Positions 1 to 9,109 of a stretch of 40,979 bases of DNA are shown here, piece after piece. The stretch is from IMG/VR virus record IMGVR_UViG_3300038436_000256, positions 1-40,979 of that record. One strand, given 5' to 3'. Position 1 is the stretch's first letter, and each line of letters opens with the position of its first letter. The notes under the pieces are model-generated. The model ran no database searches, was not told the origin of the DNA, and was given only the letters and a program-made list of their open reading frames with translations. Origin of the DNA: a virus (Duplodnaviria; Caudoviricetes). The position numbers and the translations under genes were made by a program.

Positions 1-714
1 ATGAAAAACTATCTCTCTTTTGGCGGTGGCGTAAACTCAGTGGCACTGTACCTGCTGATGCAGGATATGGGGATGGAGTTTGAAGCCGTGTACGTTGACC
101 ACGGCGGAGACTGGCCTGAGACGCTGGAATATGTGGCGATGTTTGCCAAAAAATACCCGCTGACGGTACTTAAACCAAACACGCACGGGGTTAACTCACT
201 GCTCGATTACTGTGACAAATACCGCATTATTCCCGCCCGTCATCGGCGATGGTGTACCGAAGAATTTAAGGTAAATGTGATGTTCAAATATTATGAGCGG
301 CCATGTTTTGTACACCTGGGAATAGACGCGGGGGAACCCCACCGCGCCAGGATGTCCGGTGAGGAAGGACAGGAGAACCGATATATTTTGATTGAAGAAG
401 GAATTGACCGTGCCGGGTGCGAGAAAATTATTATTGACCACGGCCTGCCAGTACCTATGAAAAGCGGTTGCTGGTTCTGCCCGTTCCAACGTATAGGGCA
501 ATGGCGATTACTACGACACCGGCACCCGTGCCTTTTTGCCAAGGCTGTAGACATGGAAGAGAAACAGAACCAAGTCCGGGCCGAGAGGGGGAAGGTAAAG
601 CCGTTCAATTTTATTGACGAGCACAGACCATTGGCGAGCATCATTAATGAAAAGCAAACCGTATTGCCTGGTCTGGAGCAGATGGAATACCCGCCCTGCC
701 AATGCGGGTTATGA
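1..714 (+). CDS. PAPS reductase-family (PP-loop) protein
   Basis: N-terminal PP-loop SFGGGVNS, RWCT..FK, GIDAGE..R and KSGCWFCPFQ motifs typical of phage PAPS-reductase-like proteins. Confidence 0.8.
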   Translation: MKNYLSFGGGVNSVALYLLMQDMGMEFEAVYVDHGGDWPETLEYVAMFAKKYPLTVLKPNTHGVNSLLDYCDKYRIIPARHRRWCTEEFKVNVMFKYYERPCFVHLGIDAGEPHRARMSGEEGQENRYILIEEGIDRAGCEKIIIDHGLPVPMKSGCWFCPFQRIGQWRLLRHRHPCLFAKAVDMEEKQNQVRAERGKVKPFNFIDEHRPLASIINEKQTVLPGLEQMEYPPCQCGL

Positions 715-1076
715 GTCTGCACAACAAGTTATTATACGTTGATTTTGAGTTGCGACACATTATGCGACATCAAAGATTAACCAGCGAAAAGGCCAGCAGA
801 ATGGGGAGGGCCAGTCAAGCGGCACAGGAGAATGACCGCCTGGCCTATGCGCTCAGCTATCGGCCGACGACCAGCTACCTGGTGTTTGAGCTGGACACGC
901 ATAATCCTCGCACAGGCCAGCGGCATCATATCGAGATCCGCCACGAGATGAGCACCGGCAATAACCGCTACGCCGTCTACCTGGACGGAGAGCGGTGGCG
1001 GAACGGCTGGAGCCGGACGCGGTTCATCGGCTGGCTGTTCCGGCAGATAGACTCTGTGCGGGTGGATTGGTCATGA
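711..1076 (+). CDS. hypothetical protein
   Basis: ORF coupled by ATGA overlaps to both neighbours; no motif recognised. Confidence 0.6.
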   Translation: MSLHNKLLYVDFELRHIMRHQRLTSEKASRMGRASQAAQENDRLAYALSYRPTTSYLVFELDTHNPRTGQRHHIEIRHEMSTGNNRYAVYLDGERWRNGWSRTRFIGWLFRQIDSVRVDWS

Positions 1077-1771
1077 TCAATATTAAGCCACTCGCCAGCT
1101 CCAGCGCCGGGAACTGCTACCTGATCAGCGACGGCAAAACATCGCTGCTCCTGGAGGCCGGAATCAGGATATCCAGGCTGCGCAAGCTGGTCGATATTTC
1201 CTCAGTTGCCGGCTGCCTCGTAACCCATAATCATGGGGATCATTCGCGGGCAATCCAGGACCTGCTCATGGCCGCGGTGGATTGCTATATGAGCGCCGGT
1301 ACCGCAGGAGAGATAGGGGCTACTGGTCACCGGGTGCATACTATACAGGCCGGCCTGCAGGTAAAAATCTGTTCCTGGACTGTGGTCCCGTTTGCCACGA
1401 TTCACGACGCCGCCGAACCTCTCGGCTTTCTCCTGGTCAGTGGAGATGAGAGATTGTTATTTTGCACAGACTCCGCATACATACACGACAAGTTTAAAGG
1501 ACTTACTCATATAATGATCGAATGTAACTATAATGACGAGATTTTAAAGCGAAATGTAGAGAGCGGGGCGGTGTCGATGCAGCAGAAAAAGCGGCTCTTG
1601 TTTTCGCACATGGGGTTGCGGCAGGTGTTGGAGTTTTTGAGAGTGACGGACCGCTCTAGGTTGCGCGAGGTGTGGCTCTTGCACGCGAGCAGCGGGAACA
1701 GCGACGTGGCCGAGATGCGACGGCAGGTGCAAGGGGTGGTCGGGGTTCCTGTTTTTATTTGTAAGGAGTAA
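1073..1771 (+). CDS. MBL-fold metallo-hydrolase (YycJ/WalJ-like nuclease)
   Basis: LASSSAGNCY, THNHGDH, HDA.EP.GF, TDS, IECNY, SHM and LLHAS motifs; start taken at ATG 1073 (ATGA overlap). Confidence 0.85.
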   Translation: MINIKPLASSSAGNCYLISDGKTSLLLEAGIRISRLRKLVDISSVAGCLVTHNHGDHSRAIQDLLMAAVDCYMSAGTAGEIGATGHRVHTIQAGLQVKICSWTVVPFATIHDAAEPLGFLLVSGDERLLFCTDSAYIHDKFKGLTHIMIECNYNDEILKRNVESGAVSMQQKKRLLFSHMGLRQVLEFLRVTDRSRLREVWLLHASSGNSDVAEMRRQVQGVVGVPVFICKE

Positions 1772-1774
1772 GTT

Positions 1775-2071
1775 GTGGCGAGTAAAAACGGAGTTTCTGG
1801 AGCGACAAGAAGAAAGATATTCAAAAATGCAGATTTCACCTGCAAGAAGTGTGGAATAAAAGGTATCGAGGTAAAGCATAAGAGTAAATCATCTGGAAAA
1901 ATCACTTATTGTTATCACACTGAAATAAAAGGGATATACTTAAGTGTTGATCACATTATCCCGAGATACAGAGGCGGGACTTCCGATGAAACAAATCTTC
2001 AATGCTTGTGCACAAAATGTAATACTGAAAAGGGCACTAAAGGGGGGATATGTCCAGATACCGAAAAATAG
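1775..2071 (+). CDS. small HNH endonuclease
   Basis: CKKC...VDHIIPRYRGG...NLQCLCTKCNTEK; AT-richer than flanks. Confidence 0.85.
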   Translation: MASKNGVSGATRRKIFKNADFTCKKCGIKGIEVKHKSKSSGKITYCYHTEIKGIYLSVDHIIPRYRGGTSDETNLQCLCTKCNTEKGTKGGICPDTEK

Positions 2072-2907
2072 ATACTCGAATCTGGGTAGATGAAAAGTTC
2101 CGCACGCTCAACGAGAAAGAGCAGATGTTTTTCCTCTACCTCTTAACCTCACCACATTCAACAGCATGGGGGGCATATATCATTGACGACCTGTACATTC
2201 AGGCCGATTTAGGTTTTTCCCCGGCCATCATAAAATCATGCTGGCAGACACTTAAAAAAACCGGGCTCGTCATCAGGTGCGACCAGACACGACTTGTCGC
2301 TTTTCAAAACTGGTTTCGCTACAACCTCCCGGCCAACGAAAGGACAAGGGCTGCTTGCGTGAGAGGAATAATTTCACTACCTAAAAGCAAGGCATTACAA
2401 GAATTTATATCAAAGTCGGAGTGGGTTAGCGAACAGTTAGCTAACTCGAACATAACACTATCCGAACTGGTAGGTGATGAGCAAGGAGCACTGAACAGGA
2501 GCACTGAGCAAGGAGCACTGAACAGGAGCACTGAGCAGGATACCCCCTCCGGGGGTCTAGGGGGAAAAGTGAATGGAGAAGAAATTTCTTTCGTTTTTGA
2601 ACACTGGAAAAAGCGGCTGAACCATCCCCATGCGCAGCCGGGAGAAAAGCGCAAAAAGGCTATCAGAGAAAGGCTCAAGGAGGGATACACCCCTGAACAA
2701 CTATGCGAGGCTATCGACGGATGCGCAAAATCACCATGGCACCAAGGGGCAAACGATAAAGGGATGGTCTACGATTCAATAGAATTGATTTGCCGGGACG
2801 CTGAGCACGTTGACAGGTTTCGGAAGATTGCTCAGGACGGAGCGCCCCAACTATCGCCGGCAGGGATGAAAACGGCTATGGCCGCAAAGGAGTTTATCGA
2901 TGGTTGA
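2050..2907 (+). CDS. phage replication initiator (lambda O-like role)
   Basis: N-terminal YRKI...W.DEKF..L...FLYLLT replisome-organiser-like region, central iteron-like repeats, C-terminal helical domain (VFEHWK...RLKEGYT.EQL..AIDG); followed by loader-like gene. Confidence 0.75.
   Translation: MSRYRKIDTRIWVDEKFRTLNEKEQMFFLYLLTSPHSTAWGAYIIDDLYIQADLGFSPAIIKSCWQTLKKTGLVIRCDQTRLVAFQNWFRYNLPANERTRAACVRGIISLPKSKALQEFISKSEWVSEQLANSNITLSELVGDEQGALNRSTEQGALNRSTEQDTPSGGLGGKVNGEEISFVFEHWKKRLNHPHAQPGEKRKKAIRERLKEGYTPEQLCEAIDGCAKSPWHQGANDKGMVYDSIELICRDAEHVDRFRKIAQDGAPQLSPAGMKTAMAAKEFIDG
2478..2540 (+). repeat. 27-bp tandem repeat (2.3 copies; four AGGAGCACTGA cores), probable origin iterons
   Basis: TGAGCAAGGAGCACTGAACAGGAGCAC at 2478-2504 and 2505-2531 plus a partial copy, inside the initiator gene as in lambdoid ori. 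Confidence 0.7.
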
Positions 2908-3568
2908 ACCAGACAAAAAACGATTTGCGGAGATATTGACCGCAACCAGCGAGCTCTATGGTCGGACTATTTCCGTCCCGGCAATGCGGGTGTGGTTTGC
3001 CGCGCTTCTGCAATACGACATCAAGGATATCGTCGGTGCCGTACAGCGGCACATCACCTCACCAGATGGAAAATTCATGCCGGTCCCGGCGGACGTCATC
3101 CGGATTATTGAGGGGTCCGGGCAAGACGCCGCGCTGCTCGCCTGGACGAAGTTTACAGCGGCTCTGGAGCGAGTTGGCACATACCAGACGGTGGTGTTTG
3201 ATGATCCCATTATCCACACCGTTGTTGAGGATATGGGTGGGTGGGTGGAGTTCGGGGCCACTCCGATTGATGAGATGCGATTTCGCGGCATTGAATTTCA
3301 ACGACGATACCAGGCATACCGGCAGCGGATTGGGGAGCTACAGTATCCGGCGAAGCTGATTGGGATTACCGAGGCAGACAATCGGCAGAGGGGGTACATC
3401 GAGGATATTCCTGCGCCGCTCCTGATCGGAGACCACGAGAAAGCGCGGCAGGTTATGCTGGCTGGCTCGTCAGAGTCTAGGCTCAAGATATCGACCATCG
3501 GGGAGGCGGCTGTCAAGCTGTTGGCCGAAACAATTCCCCTGGAAGGTGAGAAGGAGAAGGCCGCATGA
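2900..3568 (+). CDS. replication-associated protein (helicase-loader-like, DUF6475-type C-terminus)
   Basis: Follows the initiator; FMPVPADVI and VVFDDPIIH..V..MGGW motifs. Confidence 0.6.
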   Translation: MVEPDKKRFAEILTATSELYGRTISVPAMRVWFAALLQYDIKDIVGAVQRHITSPDGKFMPVPADVIRIIEGSGQDAALLAWTKFTAALERVGTYQTVVFDDPIIHTVVEDMGGWVEFGATPIDEMRFRGIEFQRRYQAYRQRIGELQYPAKLIGITEADNRQRGYIEDIPAPLLIGDHEKARQVMLAGSSESRLKISTIGEAAVKLLAETIPLEGEKEKAA

Positions 3569-3771
3569 CCATCCCTCACGAACATGCCGAGGTCCGCCGC
3601 CGAGCCAGGGAGCAGAAGCGGAAAGACCTGTTCGCACTGATCACAAAACACCTGGATAGGGCCAAGGTTGACGGCACAGCCCCTGATATTTTGGTATCGG
3701 TTAAAGTGTCGCGGGATGGGGGAATTAAAGAGGTTGAGGTGAGGAGTATTGTGCGGGACGCGATCTTATAA
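3565..3771 (+). CDS. hypothetical protein
   Basis: ATGA overlap, AAGGAG RBS. Confidence 0.55.
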   Translation: MTIPHEHAEVRRRAREQKRKDLFALITKHLDRAKVDGTAPDILVSVKVSRDGGIKEVEVRSIVRDAIL

Positions 3772-3779
3772 TTTTTATT

Positions 3780-3808
3780 TTGACAAATTATTGATTCCGT
3801 CCGATAAT
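3780..3808 (+). promoter_or_regulatory. sigma70-type promoter upstream of the packaging/head operon
   Basis: TTGACA(3780-85)-N17-GATAAT(3803-08) with AT-rich upstream tract. Confidence 0.7.
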
Positions 3809-3824
3809 TAAGCAGACAAGTATA

Positions 3825-3855
3825 GTCGCCCCAAAAGCGGGGCGCGGATTGAAGT
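3825..3855 (+). CRISPR. solitary type I-C-like CRISPR repeat unit (not an array)
   Basis: GTCGCCCCAAAAGCGGGGCGCGGATTGAAGT: GTCGC start, CGCCCC/GGGGCG stem, GGATTGAA tail as in I-C repeats; only one copy seen. Confidence 0.6.
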
Positions 3856-3859
3856 AAAA

Positions 3860-3894
3860 CGGTTTCTGAAGCCGACCCCGAAAGGGATTGCGGC
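3860..3894 (+). promoter_or_regulatory. conserved leader RNA motif, copy A
   Basis: CGGTTTCTGAA then GCCG-AC-CCC-GAAA-GGG-ATTG-CGGC; same architecture at 34158-34190. Confidence 0.6.
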
Positions 3895-3898
3895 ATAC

Positions 3899-3955
3899 AG
3901 CCCGGTTATCTCCCAGCAATTTCAGCTGAGGGGGTGGCCGGGCTTTCGTCGTTTT
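3899..3955 (+). terminator. long hairpin / probable intrinsic terminator in the leader
   Basis: AGCCCGGTTATCTCCCAGC (3899-3917) pairs with GCTGAGGGGGTGGCCGGGCT (3925-3944), including G-U pairs; followed by TTCGTCGTTTT. Confidence 0.6.
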
Positions 3956-3966
3956 AGGGGTTTAGG

Positions 3967-4584
3967 TTGGCCGGTAAGCGCAAAGAAATTGACTGGGAAA
4001 AAGGCGACAAGCTGATCCGTCTAGGCCAGTTGTCTGCTGCAGAGATCGGCAGGCAACTGGGCTGCCCGACCAGTACCGTTACCCGGCGCATCAAAACGAA
4101 AGGGATCACAAGGGACAAGTCCGAAGAGGTTAAGACAAGGACGCGGGCCGCGCTCATCTCGAAAAATCTGCCTCAGCAACGCAACGCAACGCAACGCGAA
4201 ATTGCGGAGGTCGAAGAGCAGGACATTGACGAGGCCGTGAACACAAACGTTGCGCTGGTTCTGTCCCACCGCAACGACATTCAAAAACTCGCAACAGTGG
4301 AACAAAAAATTCTTGCTGAGTTGGGAGATGAAGACTCCCCGCCCACGAAACTTTACCTCGCAAACTATAAGGGGCAAGTGATTGGAAAAGAGGTTGGGTT
4401 GACGGTCACGGAAAAGTCCGCAGCATTGAGTAATTTGGCAAGCGTACAGCACAGGCGAATACAGCTTGAGCGCCAAGCGTTTGGGCTTGACGGTGAAGAG
4501 GGTGGCGATGCGGATAAACAGGAAATCAACATCACCAACAATGTTATTGAGCGCCGCATCGAGCCGAAAGAGGTTGCATCATGA
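3967..4584 (+). CDS. terS: terminase small subunit
   Basis: N-terminal HTH (LSAAEIGRQLGCPTSTVTRRIK), C-terminal RIQLERQAFGLD; overlaps terL; TTG start. Confidence 0.75.
   Translation: MAGKRKEIDWEKGDKLIRLGQLSAAEIGRQLGCPTSTVTRRIKTKGITRDKSEEVKTRTRAALISKNLPQQRNATQREIAEVEEQDIDEAVNTNVALVLSHRNDIQKLATVEQKILAELGDEDSPPTKLYLANYKGQVIGKEVGLTVTEKSAALSNLASVQHRRIQLERQAFGLDGEEGGDADKQEINITNNVIERRIEPKEVAS
4176..4197 (+). repeat. (GCAAC)4 pentanucleotide simple repeat
   Basis: gcaacgcaacgcaacgcaacgc inside terS. Confidence 0.8.
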
Positions 4585-5882
4585 GCGTGATCAACCTCGA
4601 TGTGACCTACCACAAAGCACAGTATGAAATATTTTTCGGGCTGACAGAGCGATTCCGGATCGTCCACAAGGGTCGCCGGTTCGGGCTAACCCGGGGCGCT
4701 GCTCAGGCGTTCATCCGCTGGATGCTGGAGGAGCCAGATTACTACCTCTGGGGCGATACCGTCCATTCCAACATCGACAAGTACGTCACCCGCTATTTCA
4801 TGCCGATCCTTAAACAACTTCCTAAAAGCATGTGGGACTGGGGCAAGCAGGCAAAGATGCTTTCCATAGGAAAGTCTCAGCTTGATTTCCGGTCTGCCGA
4901 TAACCCTGAGAACTGGGAAGGGTTTGGGTACAAAAAGATTTTTCTGAACGAGGCTGGAATCATCCTGGAGAACGAATATCTCTGGGAAAACGCTGTTCAG
5001 CCAATGTTGCTGGACCGTGCCGACTCGGTGTGTATCGTCGGCGGGACCCCGAAGGGTGAGAATAAATTCCATGAACTGCACCTGCGCGGGCTGTCCGCCG
5101 CGTATCCGGATTGGGTGACGAAGCAGTATTCATCCTACGACAACCCGTACCTGGACCCGGAAGAGATTACCCGCATGGCCGCCGATATGGATGATGATGT
5201 CATGCGGCAGGAAATTTTCGGGGATTTTCTGGGGAGCAGTGAGCACCAGTTGATTCCCGGTAGCGTGGTCACCTCGGCGATGGACCGGGATGTCCCGGAG
5301 GAGAGCTACATGTTTTCTCCGGTGATCATGGGTGTTGATGTGGCAAGGTTCGGGGACGATCAGAGCGTTATTGCCCTGCGCCAGGGGCTGAAGCTGCACA
5401 AGCTGCAGGCATTCGGCCAGCTGCGGACAACGGAACTGGCGTCAATCATCGCGGAAAAGGTCAGGACGCACCAGCCGAAGATCCGCAGGGTGTTTGTCGA
5501 TGAGGTCGGAGTCGGTGCCGGGGTGGTAGACCGGCTGGTTCAGCTGGGCCTGGGCGATATCGTTACCGGCGTCAATGTCGGTGAGCGGGCCGGCCGGGCC
5601 GAACGGTACTACAACAAGCGTATTGAGATGTGGGATGTGCTCAAGGGTTGGCTGGAGAATGCTGATATCCCGAAGGATAACGGGCTGCGGGCTGATTTAA
5701 TCGCGCCTCGGTACAAGTTTGACAACAAAGAGCGGCTGCAGATGGAGCGAAAGGAAGATATCAAAAAACGGCTGGGAGCATCGCCAGACCGGGCCGAGGC
5801 TCTGGCCCTGACGCACGCTTATCCGGTTATGGACGTTGCAGTTGAACAGAGCCTGGAGCCTGAGTACGCGGGGGATTTTTGA
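4581..5882 (+). CDS. terL: terminase large subunit
   Basis: Walker A-like KGRRFGLT, Walker B-like IFLNEA, motif C GTPKG, nuclease GVDVARFGDD, VDEVGVGAGVVD, SPDRAEAL. Confidence 0.95.
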   Translation: MSVINLDVTYHKAQYEIFFGLTERFRIVHKGRRFGLTRGAAQAFIRWMLEEPDYYLWGDTVHSNIDKYVTRYFMPILKQLPKSMWDWGKQAKMLSIGKSQLDFRSADNPENWEGFGYKKIFLNEAGIILENEYLWENAVQPMLLDRADSVCIVGGTPKGENKFHELHLRGLSAAYPDWVTKQYSSYDNPYLDPEEITRMAADMDDDVMRQEIFGDFLGSSEHQLIPGSVVTSAMDRDVPEESYMFSPVIMGVDVARFGDDQSVIALRQGLKLHKLQAFGQLRTTELASIIAEKVRTHQPKIRRVFVDEVGVGAGVVDRLVQLGLGDIVTGVNVGERAGRAERYYNKRIEMWDVLKGWLENADIPKDNGLRADLIAPRYKFDNKERLQMERKEDIKKRLGASPDRAEALALTHAYPVMDVAVEQSLEPEYAGDF

Positions 5883-5883
5883 G

Positions 5884-6036
5884 ATGGCAACGCAAAAGGT
5901 CAAACGAAAGAAAGTTTCATGGAGCGCCCTGGTTACAGCCAAGGAGAAGGAAAAGCTGAACGCGCCGGTAGTGGTGTACGAGTTCAGCAACGGCCGCAAG
6001 TTCACGGAGCCGGCGAAGAAGCCGAGTGGATACTGA
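5884..6036 (+). CDS. small basic hypothetical protein
   Basis: ATG directly after the terL stop; stop overlaps the next ATG. Confidence 0.5.
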   Translation: MATQKVKRKKVSWSALVTAKEKEKLNAPVVVYEFSNGRKFTEPAKKPSGY

Positions 6037-6434
6037 TGAGCCAGATCCTGCAGGTCAGCAAATACGTGGACGTGAGCATGTACCGGCCGAAGAAGGCCGC
6101 GAACAGGAAACTGCTGCGCTACGAGCGGAAGATGACCGCGAAGCAGGAGGAAGAACTGGCGGCCAAGATCGGCAACAAGCTGTCCGCCTACTATCCCGGG
6201 CATATCTGGGCCGTGAACATTGATCAGGGGGTGGTCAGAATCAAGAATCTGTACCTGTCAAAGCGGATGGGATTCAAGCTACGGGTGGCCGACGTGACGC
6301 CGGAGATGACCGAGATCATGCGGGCCGGCGGCGAGCTGTTGGAACGGTTCAGGCAGCGCCGGGGCTGGGCCGACGAGGCCGCGCTGGTCGTGGCGCTAAA
6401 GGATATCCGGGGAGACATGCGCCATGATAGTTGA
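6036..6434 (+). CDS. hypothetical protein between terL and portal
   Basis: YPGHIWAV...IMRAGGELLERF pattern; TGATG coupling. Confidence 0.65.
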   Translation: MSQILQVSKYVDVSMYRPKKAANRKLLRYERKMTAKQEEELAAKIGNKLSAYYPGHIWAVNIDQGVVRIKNLYLSKRMGFKLRVADVTPEMTEIMRAGGELLERFRQRRGWADEAALVVALKDIRGDMRHDS

Positions 6435-8463
6435 GCCGACCATGGAAGGCCTGGAGATAGATGAGGCCGGCGAGGCTTTGATCGAAACCAAGCAAATGGA
6501 CCATGACGACTGGATCGACCTGGCCGACAGGTCGTATCAGGACTCGACAACCTACATTGACTCGGGGTTCCGGACAAGGTGGGAGAAGAACTATGCACTG
6601 GCCGCCAGCCGGCATCCGAACGGGAGCAAGTATTATTCTGAGCAGTACAAGCACAGGTCGAAGCTGTTCCGCGGGAAGACGGCTGCCGCGCTTCGCCGGA
6701 ATCTAGCAGCCTGTGCTGTGGCCCTGTTCTCTACGCAGGATGTGGTCAACGTTGAGGCCGAGAACGATAACGAAGAGGCCCAGAAGATCGCGGCCAGGGC
6801 ACTGAAGCAACTGACCAACTACCACATGACCACTCATATCCCGTGGTTCCAGCTGGCTATCGGCGGATATCGGGAGGGGTTGGTCAATGGGGTTGTGGCC
6901 GCGAAATACTGGTGGGACTACACCGAGGGCGCTGATCAATACGCCGATGGCGGAATTAAGGTGGTGGCAGACAAGCCGGTGATCGAACTGCTGCCAATCG
7001 AGAATTGCAGGTTTTCGCCGGCTGCGTCCTGGACAGATCCGGTGAACTCCTCCCCGTATTTCATCATCACCTGGCCAATGTTCGTTGCGGATATCAAGGC
7101 CAGAATGCTGGAGGACTGGTATTTCTACGATGACGGCGAGATCAGTCAGGCCGTCGGCGGATCTGAGGAATTTGATTCGACCAGGCGGGCAAGGGAAGGG
7201 GGCAAGAGGGACAGCAAGGCCGAGCCGGTATCCGTCAAAGATCATGATGTCGCCTGGGTCAGGGAGGTTTTCATCCGGGTCGATGGTGAGGAGTACCACT
7301 ATTACACGCTGGACCGGTCAATCCTGCTCTCGGAGCCTGCGCCGCTGAAATCATCCTATCCGCACTGCGCGGACGGTCGGCGGCCTGTCATCATGGGCCA
7401 GTGCGAGATTGAGCCGCACACGGTGTATTGCCAGGGATTGCCGGAGCGAGTCGAAGGGCTACAGATCGAGGCCAACGATATCGGCAACCAGCGCCGGGAC
7501 AACGTGGCCCTGGTACTCAACCGGAGAACCTACGCGCAGCGGGGGAAGAATACTGATTACCACGCCCTGCAGAAGAGCGTCCCCGGCCAGGTAATCATGA
7601 CCGATGACGTGAATTCCATCAAGCCGGAGGTCATGCCGGATATCACCGGGTCCAGCTTCAACGAGCAAAACCTGGTCAACATGGATTTCGATGAGCTTGC
7701 CGGAACATTCTCCACGGCGAGCGTGGCAACCAACAGGCAGTTGAATGAAACGGTCGGGGGAATGCAACTGCTGTCCGGGAATACCAATATCCTGGCCGAG
7801 TTCCAATTGAAAATCTATGTGGAAACCTTCACTGAGCCGCTGGTCAAGGGCGTGGTTTCCATGATTCGCACCTACGAGGAAGACGGGATTATTCAGGCGG
7901 TAACGGGCGACAAGAGCCTGACCCATGCTTCTTTGAGGGCGAAAGTCCAGGCCCGGGTGAATGTCGGGTTTGGCGCGACTGATCCGCAGCGTAGGATTGA
8001 AAAGCTGATGTACGGCCTGGGCACCCTGCAGAAGATCATGCCGGACCTGCCGCAAGTGGTTGACCCGAACGAAATAAGCGGGGAGGTTTTTGGGGCGCTT
8101 GGCTGGAAGGATGGTGCCCGGTTCGTGCCCGGGCTGAAGAGCGGCGGGAATCCGCAGGTGCAGATGCTTACCAAGCAGCTCCAGCAGATGCAGCAGCAGA
8201 TGCAGATGTTGCAGCAGCAGATGGAAAGCCGGATGGCCGAAAAGAAGATTGACCTCCAGATAGCGCAGCTTCGGATGCAGACGGAACGGCAGGAGGAAAT
8301 GATCAAGTACGAGACGGCCCGGCTGGAATCGCAGGCTGAGGACACCCGGATCATGGTCAAGATCAAGGCCGACATGGAGAAGGAAGAGCTGAAGATCGCA
8401 GGCGGTCGGGCCATGCTTGCCGATGAAACGAAGGTCAAGTTGCGGTTTGGGAGCGGGCTGTGA
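6424..8463 (+). CDS. portal protein
   Basis: 679 aa after terL; YKHRSKLFRGKT, Q...N...NQRRDNV, C-terminal Q-rich coiled coil as in P22-like portals. Confidence 0.85.
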   Translation: MIVEPTMEGLEIDEAGEALIETKQMDHDDWIDLADRSYQDSTTYIDSGFRTRWEKNYALAASRHPNGSKYYSEQYKHRSKLFRGKTAAALRRNLAACAVALFSTQDVVNVEAENDNEEAQKIAARALKQLTNYHMTTHIPWFQLAIGGYREGLVNGVVAAKYWWDYTEGADQYADGGIKVVADKPVIELLPIENCRFSPAASWTDPVNSSPYFIITWPMFVADIKARMLEDWYFYDDGEISQAVGGSEEFDSTRRAREGGKRDSKAEPVSVKDHDVAWVREVFIRVDGEEYHYYTLDRSILLSEPAPLKSSYPHCADGRRPVIMGQCEIEPHTVYCQGLPERVEGLQIEANDIGNQRRDNVALVLNRRTYAQRGKNTDYHALQKSVPGQVIMTDDVNSIKPEVMPDITGSSFNEQNLVNMDFDELAGTFSTASVATNRQLNETVGGMQLLSGNTNILAEFQLKIYVETFTEPLVKGVVSMIRTYEEDGIIQAVTGDKSLTHASLRAKVQARVNVGFGATDPQRRIEKLMYGLGTLQKIMPDLPQVVDPNEISGEVFGALGWKDGARFVPGLKSGGNPQVQMLTKQLQQMQQQMQMLQQQMESRMAEKKIDLQIAQLRMQTERQEEMIKYETARLESQAEDTRIMVKIKADMEKEELKIAGGRAMLADETKVKLRFGSGL

Positions 8464-8678
8464 GAACGAAACCGTATACCAAGGCAGGGATAAAGAGGAT
8501 GAAGTGTTTCCGGTGCAATGCACCAGCTTCCGCACAATGGCAGATATGCTCAGACGGGAACCAATATCGACCGATATGCACCGAATGCGATGTGAAACTG
8601 AACAGGCTGGTGGTGGAGTTTATGGGCTTCAAGGATGTTGACGGAATGATGAGCAGGTACAAGGGGGGTCGTTTATGA
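8460..8678 (+). CDS. small Zn-ribbon hypothetical protein
   Basis: CFRC...C...CTEC; overlaps portal stop (GTGA). Confidence 0.6.
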   Translation: MRTKPYTKAGIKRMKCFRCNAPASAQWQICSDGNQYRPICTECDVKLNRLVVEFMGFKDVDGMMSRYKGGRL

Positions 8679-8878
8679 GCAAGATCGTTTATTATTTTTT
8701 TGATTGGGAGATAAGGGACGCAGACGGAAACCATGTAAAATGGGCAAATGGAATAGTTGAGGCTCCAGGTGACGTGGCCCCGCCAACCGTTTTTGACAGG
8801 GCAAAAAATTATTTATATGACTCCATGGGGCTTCCCAGTACCTATCACGCAAGGGCTATAAGTTTTCATAAAATATGA
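8675..8878 (+). CDS. hypothetical protein (AT-rich)
   Basis: ATGA overlap, GGGGG RBS-like. Confidence 0.55.
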   Translation: MSKIVYYFFDWEIRDADGNHVKWANGIVEAPGDVAPPTVFDRAKNYLYDSMGLPSTYHARAISFHKI

Positions 8879-8887
8879 GAAAAGGAA

Positions 8888-9109
8888 ATGGCCGAAAACC
8901 TGATGAACCAGGCCCACAAGGCCACAACCAAAGAGTACAGGGAAGGGTATGAACGAGTCTTTGGAAAAGGATCAGTTGTTTCAAGCGGCGCTCCTGGGAG
9001 TGGATGCGGAGAAGTTCCTGTCCTCACCAGTGGGGGTGATGCTGTGGAAGCGGGCCGACGAGAAGATAGAGCGAGCCAGCCGGGAGCTGATCACCGTGGA
9101 CCCGTTTGA
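8888..9109 (+). CDS. possible small protein overlapping the next gene
   Basis: AAAGGAA RBS; protein-like N-terminus (EYREGYERVFGK); overlaps 8949-9239 in another frame. Confidence 0.35.
   Translation: MAENLMNQAHKATTKEYREGYERVFGKGSVVSSGAPGSGCGEVPVLTSGGDAVEAGRREDRASQPGADHRGPV

Noticed and set aside
3825-3955. CRISPR mini-array
   Set aside because: Only one repeat. The following hairpin is 15 nt away, differs in sequence, and matches the leader motif at 34169 instead.
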